Source of the DNA: Patescibacteria group bacterium
GTDB lineage: Bacteria; Patescibacteriota; Minisyncoccia; Portnoybacterales; UBA2143
NCBI GenBank assembly: GCA_018830295.1
Contig: JAHJSM010000001.1
Location: 65,980 to 129,979 of the forward strand
DNA length: 64,000 nt
Direction of reading: 5' to 3'
Of this stretch, positions 27,947 through 36,861 are shown one piece after another. Every line of letters starts with the position of its first letter. Position 1 is the first letter of the stretch. Under the pieces are notes generated by a model, which had not been told where the DNA came from, made no database searches, and was given only the letters and a program-made list of their open reading frames with translations. The position numbers and the translations under genes are program-made.

Positions 27947-28162
27947 TTATAAGCGGGATATTACATCATCAATATCAACGCCGCCTTTTTTAATTTTAGT
28001 AAAATCAACTACCTCTTCCCATTTCGCGCTTTTCTCAATTGGGCAAATTCTAAATAAAGGTTTTGACCTTTTGAAAATAATAAAAGAAGCGCCTTTTGCC
28101 ACCTTTTTAGCGTATTTAGGCATATTCACACGCAATTCTTTTAAATTTATAATATTTTCCAT
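27947..28162 (-). CDS. Phd/YefM-like antitoxin
   Basis: IINLKELRVNM...VAKGASFIIFKRSKPLFRI; directly upstream of the RelE gene. Confidence 0.8.
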   Translation of the reverse strand: MENIINLKELRVNMPKYAKKVAKGASFIIFKRSKPLFRICPIEKSAKWEEVVDFTKIKKGGVDIDDVISRL

Positions 28163-28238
28163 AAATTTTAACAAGTTTAAAGATTAACTAAAGTTTAACA
28201 AAAGATAATCTATGCGTCAAGGGTAGTGTTATCTATTA

Positions 28239-29018
28239 TCAAAACCCCACTCTCTCTATCTCTTCTTTTAAATCCAAACCGAATTTTTTCTTAACTTCTG
28301 TTTTCGCCAAAGCGATGAGCGCCGCGATATCTTTCGCTCGCGCGCCTCCAAGGTTGATAATGAAATTAGCGTGCTTTTTTGAAATCTCCGCTTCGCCCAT
28401 TCGCTCTCCTTTCAGCCCGCAATCATCAATCAGTTTTCCCGCGAAGCGCCCCGGCGGATTTTTAAAAATGCATCCCGCCGAAGGATAATTCAACGGCTGC
28501 GTTTCTTTTCTTTTTATAAAATATTCTCTAATTAATTTTTCGCTTTTTTCTTTGTCGCCTTTTTTTAATTCTAATTCAACCGAAAAAATAATATTGTCTT
28601 CTTTTTCAATATTTTTAACTAATTGAGAAATATCCGAACCAAAAGCATGCGCGTTAACTTTAACCGCTCCGCCAATTGTTCCTGGAATGCCAACAGCCCA
28701 TTCCAGCCCCGTCAAACCATTTTCCACGGACAACCTGACTAAATCGGATAATTTAACCCCTGCCTCACTCTTAATTATATTTTTACTCACTCTTCGCTGT
28801 TCATTGTTCGCCAATATCACCGTCCCATCAAACCCCTCGTCGCTCACCAAAAGGTTGCTCCCGCCGCCTAAAATAAAAAAAGGCAGTCCTTTCTCCTTCG
28901 CAAAGAAGACCGCCCTAACCAAATCGTCCTTATCCCGCGCGTCAAAAAAATACCTCGCCGCCCCGCCAACTCGAAACGAAGTCTGCCCCGCCAAAGAAAC
29001 ATTTTCTTGAATTTTCAT
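28239..29018 (-). CDS. murB: UDP-N-acetylenolpyruvoylglucosamine reductase, internally shortened
   Basis: TSFRVGG, LGGGSNLLVSD, GLEWAVGIPGTIGGA..NA, QP...SAGCIFKNP, KHANFIIN, LKEE. Confidence 0.92.
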   Translation of the reverse strand: MKIQENVSLAGQTSFRVGGAARYFFDARDKDDLVRAVFFAKEKGLPFFILGGGSNLLVSDEGFDGTVILANNEQRRVSKNIIKSEAGVKLSDLVRLSVENGLTGLEWAVGIPGTIGGAVKVNAHAFGSDISQLVKNIEKEDNIIFSVELELKKGDKEKSEKLIREYFIKRKETQPLNYPSAGCIFKNPPGRFAGKLIDDCGLKGERMGEAEISKKHANFIINLGGARAKDIAALIALAKTEVKKKFGLDLKEEIERVGF

Positions 29019-29028
29019 AAACGCGCCA

Positions 29029-29049
29029 TTCGGCTATCCGATAGCCGAA
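29029..29049. repeat. REP-like family B palindrome
   Basis: TTCGGCTATCCGATAGCCGAA. Confidence 0.92.
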
Positions 29050-29060
29050 TATTACGGCTA

Positions 29061-30824
29061 CTACCCCTTATACATCACATCCGCGCCTGTTTGGTAGAGG
29101 TCTCTTTCGGATGTGTTGATAATATAAACCATATCCCACAGACGGCCCGTGATGGAAAATTGCTCCGCCGTCATATTGAGCCAGTGTTTCGTTCCATCGC
29201 CGTTGACTTCGTAGACCCTCTTATCTCCGTCAGCCCGTATTAACCAACTCTCTCGATAACCCGACAATTCCTCTCGGCTCACTTCAATGATGCTTTCCCA
29301 ATTCAAATGCCCATAGTAATCAAAAATTTTCGAGTTTTGGATCCATCGCTTGTATCCGCCGTTGATAATATAAACTTTGTAATCGCCCTTCGCCCGAATT
29401 AAACTTCCGTCAGGATAATTAACGATTGGCTCAATAATTTCTTCCTCTTCAATAACCGGAACTTCGCTTTCTGTTACGCTTGAAGCAGTAAAAGAAAAAG
29501 AGACCGACACATCATTACTGCCAAAACCGCTCTTCTTGTATTGATTGAAAGGAATCATCACAACTGACTTGCCTAAACTGCTAAAATTAGGAATGTACGC
29601 TGTTCCTTTTTGATTATTTAGGGAAATAAATTGAACCGTTGACTCCCCGTTTTGGTCCGTCACAATATAGGGCGCTCTAAAATCGCCACGCAATTCCGAA
29701 CCAACAAATTCCAACTTCAAAGTATCGCGATCCGTCGCCTGCGCCGTTCCCTGTTTAAACTCATACCAATACGGCGACCAATCCTTGGAAGAACTACTCC
29801 GCGAAACAATCAAATTTGGGAACCCGCTATAACTCGCCGACTCGTCAACATTCAACCGCTGATAAGTTAAATTCTTATTAAGATAACAATAATCGCCTTC
29901 ACCAATCTCGCAATCGTTCAGATAATTAGCAACTGACCAATCGGCGAAAATATCCGAAAATGTTTCGGAAAAGCCCAAATCAGATAAAGCCGCGCTCACG
30001 CTCGCGATACCAACCTCATTATTAAGCGTCATCCGAGTAATCGCGTTCACCCCGTAATGGTCAACCAAATAATGCAAGAACAGACCAACTGCCCCGTAAT
30101 CCGACACATTGTTTTTCCACTCGCCCAACGGGTCAGAGGGCTCGTCCAAAAATGTATCCACCCGCTCGGCGAGATAACTGCCTTTGTAATTATCATTATA
30201 TCCGCAAACTGTCGGAGCGTATTCCGAACGCGCCTCATTCAACCAGACCTCTTCTTCTATCCCGTATAAAACCGTTTTTTGATAAAACGAAATTAAATGC
30301 TGAAATTCATGCGCCAAAACCGACTTCGCTTTCACATTAAAAATACCAAGCGCGTTAATATAAAACATCTCCCTCTCGTTGGAATTAGAAAATTGCGAAC
30401 GAGGATACTCATCGTTAATCTTAACATAACCACCAGCGCTATTAGTCAATTCACTCACCAAAACCGTAATTCTTTTATCGCCATCAATTCCAGGACTCCA
30501 TTCCGAACCAAAAACCGCTCTTTCTTTTGGATAAATTACCTTATCAAATTCATCGGCCAATTCTTCTAATTTTTCCCTCAACCCATTTTTATCCGTCCCG
30601 CTTAAATTATTCCAATAATAGTTATCAACATAAAAATAAATATTCTCGCCAATCGCCTTAAGCGAAGCCGTCAATTGAGAACGGTCTTGCGCGTCATACC
30701 CAGAATCAACATAAAAATTCACTTGTTCCTCCAAAACCGCCGCGCTCGCTCCCAAAGTGAAAACAAAAAAACCTCCCGCTAACAGGATTGTCAGACCAAA
30801 ATTGTAAATAAATCGCTTCTTCAT
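29061..30824 (-). CDS. Secreted Zn metallopeptidase (M30-like gluzincin) with two C-terminal surface repeats
   Basis: Signal peptide ending ASA; LAHEFQHLI and WLNEARSE; repeats LIRAKGDYKVY...KRW and LIRADGDKRVY...KHW. Confidence 0.75.
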   Translation of the reverse strand: MKKRFIYNFGLTILLAGGFFVFTLGASAAVLEEQVNFYVDSGYDAQDRSQLTASLKAIGENIYFYVDNYYWNNLSGTDKNGLREKLEELADEFDKVIYPKERAVFGSEWSPGIDGDKRITVLVSELTNSAGGYVKINDEYPRSQFSNSNEREMFYINALGIFNVKAKSVLAHEFQHLISFYQKTVLYGIEEEVWLNEARSEYAPTVCGYNDNYKGSYLAERVDTFLDEPSDPLGEWKNNVSDYGAVGLFLHYLVDHYGVNAITRMTLNNEVGIASVSAALSDLGFSETFSDIFADWSVANYLNDCEIGEGDYCYLNKNLTYQRLNVDESASYSGFPNLIVSRSSSSKDWSPYWYEFKQGTAQATDRDTLKLEFVGSELRGDFRAPYIVTDQNGESTVQFISLNNQKGTAYIPNFSSLGKSVVMIPFNQYKKSGFGSNDVSVSFSFTASSVTESEVPVIEEEEIIEPIVNYPDGSLIRAKGDYKVYIINGGYKRWIQNSKIFDYYGHLNWESIIEVSREELSGYRESWLIRADGDKRVYEVNGDGTKHWLNMTAEQFSITGRLWDMVYIINTSERDLYQTGADVMYKG

Positions 30825-30830
30825 ACAATC

Positions 30831-30875
30831 ATTTTACTCTAACCACCTTGATTTATCAAGCCAAGGTGATAGAAT
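30831..30875. promoter_or_regulatory. Back-to-back divergent promoters, both probably leaderless
   Basis: Plus: TTGATT-16-TAGAAT, 6 nt, ATG 30882. Minus: TTGATA-17-TAAAAT, 6 nt, ATG 30824. The two -35 boxes form CTTGAT-TT-ATCAAG. Confidence 0.65.
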
Positions 30876-30881
30876 AAAAAT

Positions 30882-32213
30882 ATGCCAAATATAAAACGAC
30901 TAGCCCTCATCTTAGGCGACATCGCCGTTTTGTACTTATCCCTCTGGTTCACCCTCTTTATTCGCTATGGGATTAGTTTTGATTTTCGTATCTGGCAACA
31001 GCACTTTTGGCCATTCACGATTATTTATCTCCTTTGGCTGACCATTTTCTATATCGCTGGCCTCTATGAATTAACTTTAGCCAGAAACAGTATTGATTTC
31101 TATTCCACTCTCTTGCGAGGAATGCTCATTAACATCGGACTCGCGATCGCCTTTTTTTACTTTATCCCATACTTCGGCATCGCCCCCAAAACAAACCTCT
31201 TTATAAATTTAGCCGTTTTCGCCCTGCTCTTTTCCGGCTGGCGGCAGTTATATAATCATTCCGTCAGAACATTCGCCTTCGCAAGCAATGTTTTAATCAT
31301 TGGCAAAAACAAAGAAATTGACCAAACAATCGCGGTTATTAAAAAAAATCCCCAACTGGGCTACAAAGTCATCAAACACATCGGACCCGAAGACATCCAA
31401 ACGCCCTTTGACCTTCTGGAAATGGCGACGCAAAAAAATATTAAAACAATTATCACGGCGATTGACCCCCACAAAAACAACCGATTAGTCCGAAGTTTGT
31501 ATCAATGCCTCCCTTTAAAAATCAGTTTCAGCGACCTGCCTTCTTTTTACGAAAAAATATTAGGCAAAGTGCCTGTTTCCGGCATCGGCGAAATTTGGTT
31601 TTTGGAAAATTTGACCGAGAGCCGAAAAAATTTCTACGAAGCGTTCAAACGCGTTTGCGATATGAGCGGCGCTTGTATCTTTGGCGCGATTAGTTTAATT
31701 TTTTATCCATTTATCGCCTTAGCGATTAAAATCGACAGCAAAGGACCAGTTTTTTATAAACAAATCAGAACAGGACAAGACGGACAAATTTTCAAAGTAA
31801 TCAAATTTCGTTCCATGATTGAAGAAGCGGAAAAAGACGGCGCCCAGTGGGCTGACCAGCAAGACCACCGCATCACGCGCGTCGGCAAGTTTATGAGAAA
31901 AACCCGCCTGGACGAACTGCCTCAATTGTGGAATGTCCTTGTCGGACAAATGAGTTTTATCGGACCCCGCCCCGAAAGAATAGAATTCGCCCAGCAATTG
32001 GAAAAAGAAATTCCCTACTACCAAATCCGCCACATCGTCAAACCGGGCCTAACCGGCTGGGCGCAAGTCAACTTTCGCTACGGCGCCTCCGTCGCAGACA
32101 GCATGGAAAAACTCCAATACGAACTCTACTACATCAAACACCGCTCCCTCGTCTTGGATTTAAGCATTCTTTTAAGAACGATTAAAATTATTTTGGGAGG
32201 ATTGGGAAGATAA
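30882..32213 (+). CDS. Priming polyprenyl glycosylphosphotransferase (WcaJ/WbaP family)
   Basis: N-terminal TM helices, KFRSM, DHRITRVGKFMRKTRLDELPQLWNVL.GQMSFIGPRPE, KPGLTGWAQV. Confidence 0.95.
   Translation: MPNIKRLALILGDIAVLYLSLWFTLFIRYGISFDFRIWQQHFWPFTIIYLLWLTIFYIAGLYELTLARNSIDFYSTLLRGMLINIGLAIAFFYFIPYFGIAPKTNLFINLAVFALLFSGWRQLYNHSVRTFAFASNVLIIGKNKEIDQTIAVIKKNPQLGYKVIKHIGPEDIQTPFDLLEMATQKNIKTIITAIDPHKNNRLVRSLYQCLPLKISFSDLPSFYEKILGKVPVSGIGEIWFLENLTESRKNFYEAFKRVCDMSGACIFGAISLIFYPFIALAIKIDSKGPVFYKQIRTGQDGQIFKVIKFRSMIEEAEKDGAQWADQQDHRITRVGKFMRKTRLDELPQLWNVLVGQMSFIGPRPERIEFAQQLEKEIPYYQIRHIVKPGLTGWAQVNFRYGASVADSMEKLQYELYYIKHRSLVLDLSILLRTIKIILGGLGR
32172..32211 (+). repeat. 40-bp direct repeat, left copy
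   Basis: TTAAGAACGATTAAAATTATTTTGGGAGGATTGGGAAGAT, identical to 33598-33637. Confidence 0.97.
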
Positions 32214-32230
32214 TCCTGTCCCCTAAATAC

Positions 32231-32289
32231 TTGCAACCAAATCTTATTTATTATACTATAAGCAGTATAATAAATGTAATTATTATACT
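32231..32289 (+). promoter_or_regulatory. Promoter/operator of the inserted AAA ATPase gene
   Basis: TTGCAA-17-TACTAT; inverted repeat ATTTATTATACT-6-AGTATAATAAAT (32246-32275); third half-site TTATTATACT just before the ATG. Confidence 0.65.
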
Positions 32290-33591
32290 ATGGATAATAT
32301 TATAAAAACAATCTTATACGAATGGCGAGAGCATAAACTTCCAAAAATAATTCGCAGAGAAACAGATTTAACAAAATATCTGAATTTAAAAACGCCTAAA
32401 ATTATAACCATAACCGGATTTAGAAGAGTGGGAAAAACTTATTTAATTTTTGATTTAATTGAAGAATTGTTAAAAACTCACCATAAAGAGGAAGTCGTTT
32501 ATATTAATTTTGAAGACGAGAGAATTCCAAGCGATATAAAAGTTCTAACACAATTAATCCCAACAATCAATGAAACATACAACCACACTACTAAATACTT
32601 ATTTTTAGATGAAATACAAAATATTCCAAACTGGAGCCAGTGGGTCAGACGAATTTATGATCAAGAAAATATAAAAATATTTATAACTGGTTCTTCGTCT
32701 AAATTATCATCAAAAGAGATTCCCACTGAATTAAGGGGTCGATGTATTGAAAAAACCATTATGCCATTGTCTTTTAGGGAATTTTTGCTTTTCAAGAACA
32801 TTAAAATAGACCTTGCGTCCCTTCCTTATTTAGACAAAGAAAAATCAAAAACCAATAAAGCATTAGAAGAATATCTTTATTATGGAGGACTGCCCGAAAT
32901 TGTATTAACAAGCAAGGAACATAAATTTGAAATTTTGCAGCAATATTATAAAACGGTGATAAGCCAAGACATAATGGACCGATTTAAAATAAAAAACGAA
33001 ACAATGTTAAAAGCGCTTTTAATGCTTCTTTTGAATTCCACGATTTATTCTATAAGTAAAATATACAAAACACTAAGAAGCGCTGGGCATAAAATAGGTC
33101 CAACCACTGTAATGAAATATATCTCATATATAGAAAATTCTTATTTTTTAAACAATCTTTTTATTTTTTCATACACAGTCAAAGACCGCCTTCAATATCC
33201 TAAAAAAATATATTTTATTGACAACGGTTTTATAAACGCGCTATCTTCAACTTTTTCTAAAAACACCGGGAGATTATTTGAAAATATTGTTTTTAATAAA
33301 ATAAAAAGCGAATTAAAAATTAATGAAGAATTGTTCTATTGGCAAGATAAAAGGCAAAAAGAAGTTGATTTTGTTGTTAAAAAGGGAAACAAAATAATAA
33401 ATTTAATCCAAGTATCGTCTAATTTAGATAATATCGGAACAAAAGAAAGGGAAATAAATAACCTTCTTAAAGCCGATAAAGAATTGAATTGCAATAATTT
33501 AACAATAATTAACAAAGACATAGACAGCAAGGAAAAAATAGGCGGTCAAACAATAAAATTTACTCCGCTTTATAAATTCTTGTTAGAATAA
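32290..33591 (+). CDS. AAA_14 ATPase with DUF4143 domain, inserted gene
   Basis: GFRRVGKT, FLDEIQ, TGSSSKL, LRGR, YGGLPE, KIYFIDNG, FEN, EVDFV...IQV. Confidence 0.9.
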   Translation: MDNIIKTILYEWREHKLPKIIRRETDLTKYLNLKTPKIITITGFRRVGKTYLIFDLIEELLKTHHKEEVVYINFEDERIPSDIKVLTQLIPTINETYNHTTKYLFLDEIQNIPNWSQWVRRIYDQENIKIFITGSSSKLSSKEIPTELRGRCIEKTIMPLSFREFLLFKNIKIDLASLPYLDKEKSKTNKALEEYLYYGGLPEIVLTSKEHKFEILQQYYKTVISQDIMDRFKIKNETMLKALLMLLLNSTIYSISKIYKTLRSAGHKIGPTTVMKYISYIENSYFLNNLFIFSYTVKDRLQYPKKIYFIDNGFINALSSTFSKNTGRLFENIVFNKIKSELKINEELFYWQDKRQKEVDFVVKKGNKIINLIQVSSNLDNIGTKEREINNLLKADKELNCNNLTIINKDIDSKEKIGGQTIKFTPLYKFLLE

Positions 33592-33597
33592 AACAAA

Positions 33598-33637
33598 TTA
33601 AGAACGATTAAAATTATTTTGGGAGGATTGGGAAGAT
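33598..33637 (+). repeat. 40-bp direct repeat, right copy
   Basis: Identical to 32172-32211; supplies the GGGAGG and the AT of the GT2 start codon. Confidence 0.97.
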
Positions 33638-34502
33638 GAAAAAAATATCAGTCGTTATACCAGTTTACAATGAAGCGACAACCGTTGAAAAGGTGATTCA
33701 AGACCTGCGGTTGGTTTTGAGCGCGACTGCTGTTGATTATGAAATCATAGCCGTTGACGACGCCTCAAAAGACCAAAGCGGCGACATTCTTGAACAAATA
33801 AAAGACATTACTGTTATCCGCCATTCCGAAAATCAGGGCTATGGAGCGTCAATCAAAACCGGCGCTAAATCGGCGACCGGCGAATATATTTTGATTATTG
33901 ACGGCGACGCGACCTACCCCACCGAAGCCATTCCACGAATGATTGAACATATTGACCATTACGATCTGGTTTCTGGAGAACGCCGCGGGAAAAACTTTGA
34001 CGCGCGCTGGCTGTATTTGCAAAGAGTCGGAAAATTTGTTTTAAGAATGATTGCCAGTTATATCACACAACATAAAATCCCCGATATCAATTGCGGTTTA
34101 AGAATCTACAGAAAAGAAACATTTGATAAATTCCTATATTTATATCCAAATCAATTTTCCCTCACCACCACTTCATTGGTCGCCTTTTTGTCTAACAACT
34201 ATCGGGTTAAATTTATCCCGATTGATTATCATAAAAGAACTGGCAAATCAACGCTTAAGCCCCTCAAAAGTTTCGGACAATTTATCGGTCTACTTTTGAA
34301 AATTTCCCTTTTCTTCAAACCAATCAGAATTTTTCTACCGTTGAGCATGCTCTTGTTGTTGTCGGCCATATCAATCGCTTTCTATAGTTTATATTTCCAA
34401 GATATTTTTTACGACACAACAACCATTCTTCTCGCGACAACCGCCCTCCAAACCTTTTTCTTCGGCCTCTTGGCTGAAATCATCGTTCATAACCGCAGAT
34501 AA
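33636..34502 (+). CDS. GT2 glycosyltransferase, polyprenol-phosphate (DPM/GtrB-like)
   Basis: SVVIPVYNE, VDDASKD, NQGYGAS, IDGDATY, DINCGLR; two C-terminal TM helices. Confidence 0.9.
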   Translation: MKKISVVIPVYNEATTVEKVIQDLRLVLSATAVDYEIIAVDDASKDQSGDILEQIKDITVIRHSENQGYGASIKTGAKSATGEYILIIDGDATYPTEAIPRMIEHIDHYDLVSGERRGKNFDARWLYLQRVGKFVLRMIASYITQHKIPDINCGLRIYRKETFDKFLYLYPNQFSLTTTSLVAFLSNNYRVKFIPIDYHKRTGKSTLKPLKSFGQFIGLLLKISLFFKPIRIFLPLSMLLLLSAISIAFYSLYFQDIFYDTTTILLATTALQTFFFGLLAEIIVHNRR

Positions 34503-34507
34503 ACTCC

Positions 34508-35920
34508 ATGAAAATCCTGTTAATTAATCCTCCAACTTTTAATATGCTTCCAACAATGCTTCCCCGCTCTGTTGATGAAGCCCGCGGATACAATCCCCCT
34601 TTGGGGCTTTTATATTTAGCCGCCTATCTGCAAAAAAACAGCGAACACCAGGTTGAGATACTTGACTGCCAGGTGGAAGAATTGAATTACAAACAGATAG
34701 AAGAAAAAATAAAAGAAAACGCCCCAGACGCTATTGGATTAACCACGATGACTTTTACTTTGATTGATGTTCTTAATATCGTTAAAATAGCGAAAAAAAT
34801 AAATCCCGAAATCAAAACAATCTTAGGCGGTCCGCATGTTGATATTTATCCCGAAGAAACAATCAATCAACCCGGTGTTGATTATTTGGTTTTAGGAGAA
34901 GGTGAAAAACCATTAAAGGGCTTGCTGGATAATATAAATTCTCTTAATAATTTACGGCAAGTTAAAGGCGTTGTTTTTAAGGATAATAATAAAATAGTTA
35001 ATACCGGACGAGCTGAATTAAATCAAGATTTAGATTCCCTGCCTTTCCCCGCCCGCCGCTTAACACCCTACCAAAAATATTCTTCTGTTCTAAGCAAAGT
35101 CAGCCCCGTCACAACCATGTTTACTTCGCGAGGATGCCCTTACAAGTGCCTCTTCTGCGACCGCCCTCATTTAGGAAAATTTTTCAGAGCCCGTTCCGCT
35201 AAAAATGTGGTTGATGAAATGGAAGAATGTCAAAAAATGGGCATCAAAGAAATACTTATCTACGACGACACTTTTACCGTCAAACGGCAAAGGGTCATAG
35301 ATATTTGTTTAGAAATTCAAAAAAGAAATTTGAAAATAGATTGGGATGTCCGCGCTAGAGTGGACACAGTAGACAAAGAACTTCTTGAAATAATGAAAGA
35401 TAGCGGCTGCCAAAGAATTCATTATGGCGTAGAAGCGGGCACCCAAAAAATCCTTAATGTTTTAAGAAAAGGAATTACTTTAGAACAGGTTGAAAAAGCA
35501 TTCAAGTTGAGTAGAAAAATCGGACTTGAAACCCTCGCCTATTTTATGATTGGCTCGCCGACCGAGACAAAAGAAGATATTTTAGAAACAATTAAATTTG
35601 CCAAAAAAATTAATCCTGATTTTACCCACATTACCATTACCACCCCCTTCCCCGCCACCGATTTATATCGCATGGGGCTAGAACAAAAGATTTGGCCTAA
35701 TGACCACTGGCAAAAATTCGCCGAACGCCCGCGCGCCGATTTTCTCCCCCCTGTTTGGGAAAAAAATCTGAATAAAGAAGAACTGGTCTCGCTCAACCAA
35801 AAAGCGTATCGCGCTTTTTACTTCCGACCAAAATACCTTCTCAAAAGATTATTTAAACTAACATCCCTTGAGGAATTAAAAAGAAAAAGCAAAGCCGCCT
35901 GGGGAATGCTAAAAATATAA
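34508..35920 (+). CDS. B12-binding radical SAM enzyme 1
   Basis: PPLGLLYLAA, GGPH, GEGE, TSRGCPYKCLFC, DDTF, GVEAG. Confidence 0.93.
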   Translation: MKILLINPPTFNMLPTMLPRSVDEARGYNPPLGLLYLAAYLQKNSEHQVEILDCQVEELNYKQIEEKIKENAPDAIGLTTMTFTLIDVLNIVKIAKKINPEIKTILGGPHVDIYPEETINQPGVDYLVLGEGEKPLKGLLDNINSLNNLRQVKGVVFKDNNKIVNTGRAELNQDLDSLPFPARRLTPYQKYSSVLSKVSPVTTMFTSRGCPYKCLFCDRPHLGKFFRARSAKNVVDEMEECQKMGIKEILIYDDTFTVKRQRVIDICLEIQKRNLKIDWDVRARVDTVDKELLEIMKDSGCQRIHYGVEAGTQKILNVLRKGITLEQVEKAFKLSRKIGLETLAYFMIGSPTETKEDILETIKFAKKINPDFTHITITTPFPATDLYRMGLEQKIWPNDHWQKFAERPRADFLPPVWEKNLNKEELVSLNQKAYRAFYFRPKYLLKRLFKLTSLEELKRKSKAAWGMLKI

Positions 35921-36861
35921 TGAAAAAATATTCTTTTTTAATCGGCATCATAATTTTTATTTTAATAATCGCCCGATTAGATTTCCGCGAACTGATTATT
36001 GTTTTAAGCGATATCAATTATTTTTATCTTTTTTTAGGGTTTCTGTTGTTGTTTCCTATAATAACGACCAAAGTTTATCGTTGGAATTATTTAATGAAAA
36101 AGCAGAATATTAATTATTCTTTTAAGGAAGCTCTTTTAATGTACGGTTCTGGAATGTATATAGGAATTATTACGCCCGGCCGCGTAGGCGACTTTACCAA
36201 AATCGCTTATTTAAAAAACGACCATTGCTCTTTGGGAAAATCGGCCGTAAGCGTTATTTTAGACCGAGTGTTTGATTTGCTTTTTTTAGCGATATTCGGT
36301 TATCTGGGTCTTTTTTTATTTTTTTCGCTTTTTAAGAATCTTATTTTTATATTAACTTTCATTTTAATTTTTGGTTTAATTTTATTAATTATCTTTTTAA
36401 GGACTGACTCCCATAAAACGCTTCTTAAAAAAATGTTTAATTTAATAGTTCCCGTTAAATATCAAAATTCATGGAGAGTCAATTTACGGGACTTTATTAA
36501 CGGATTAAAGGTTTACAAAGTTTATAATTATCTGTTTGTCTTTTTAATCACTGGTTTTTCTTGGTTGATTTATTATTTCCAAACATTTCTTTTGATTAAA
36601 AGCGTTCATATTAATAACATTTCTTTTCTGTACGCGTCTGTCGCCATAAGCATCGTCGGATTAGCCGGTCTTTTGCCTATTTCAATTTTGGGGGTGGGCA
36701 CCCGAGAAGCTATTTTAATTTTGCTTTTTTCGTTTTTTTCCATTAGTCAGGAAACAACTGTCAGTTTTGCTCTTTTAACCTTATTAATAGCCGTCTCAAC
36801 TGGACTAATCTGCTCTATCTGCTGGTTGATTAAACCTATCCAGTTTTCTAAAATATGTTAA
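35920..36861 (+). CDS. LPG-synthase-TM/AglD2-like putative flippase
   Basis: YRW, ITPGRVGD, DRVFD, LPISILGVGTRE; multiple TM helices. Confidence 0.85.
   Translation: MKKYSFLIGIIIFILIIARLDFRELIIVLSDINYFYLFLGFLLLFPIITTKVYRWNYLMKKQNINYSFKEALLMYGSGMYIGIITPGRVGDFTKIAYLKNDHCSLGKSAVSVILDRVFDLLFLAIFGYLGLFLFFSLFKNLIFILTFILIFGLILLIIFLRTDSHKTLLKKMFNLIVPVKYQNSWRVNLRDFINGLKVYKVYNYLFVFLITGFSWLIYYFQTFLLIKSVHINNISFLYASVAISIVGLAGLLPISILGVGTREAILILLFSFFSISQETTVSFALLTLLIAVSTGLICSICWLIKPIQFSKIC

Noticed and set aside
838-29049. Family A/B palindromes as a CRISPR array
   Set aside because: Copies are dispersed kilobases apart with no regular repeat-spacer period, and no cas genes are present.
29007-29243. Short ORFs containing REP-derived peptides (AIRLSDSR; also 18801-18986 and 21995-22177)
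   Set aside because: They are antisense to real genes and resemble each other only because they cross the palindromes.
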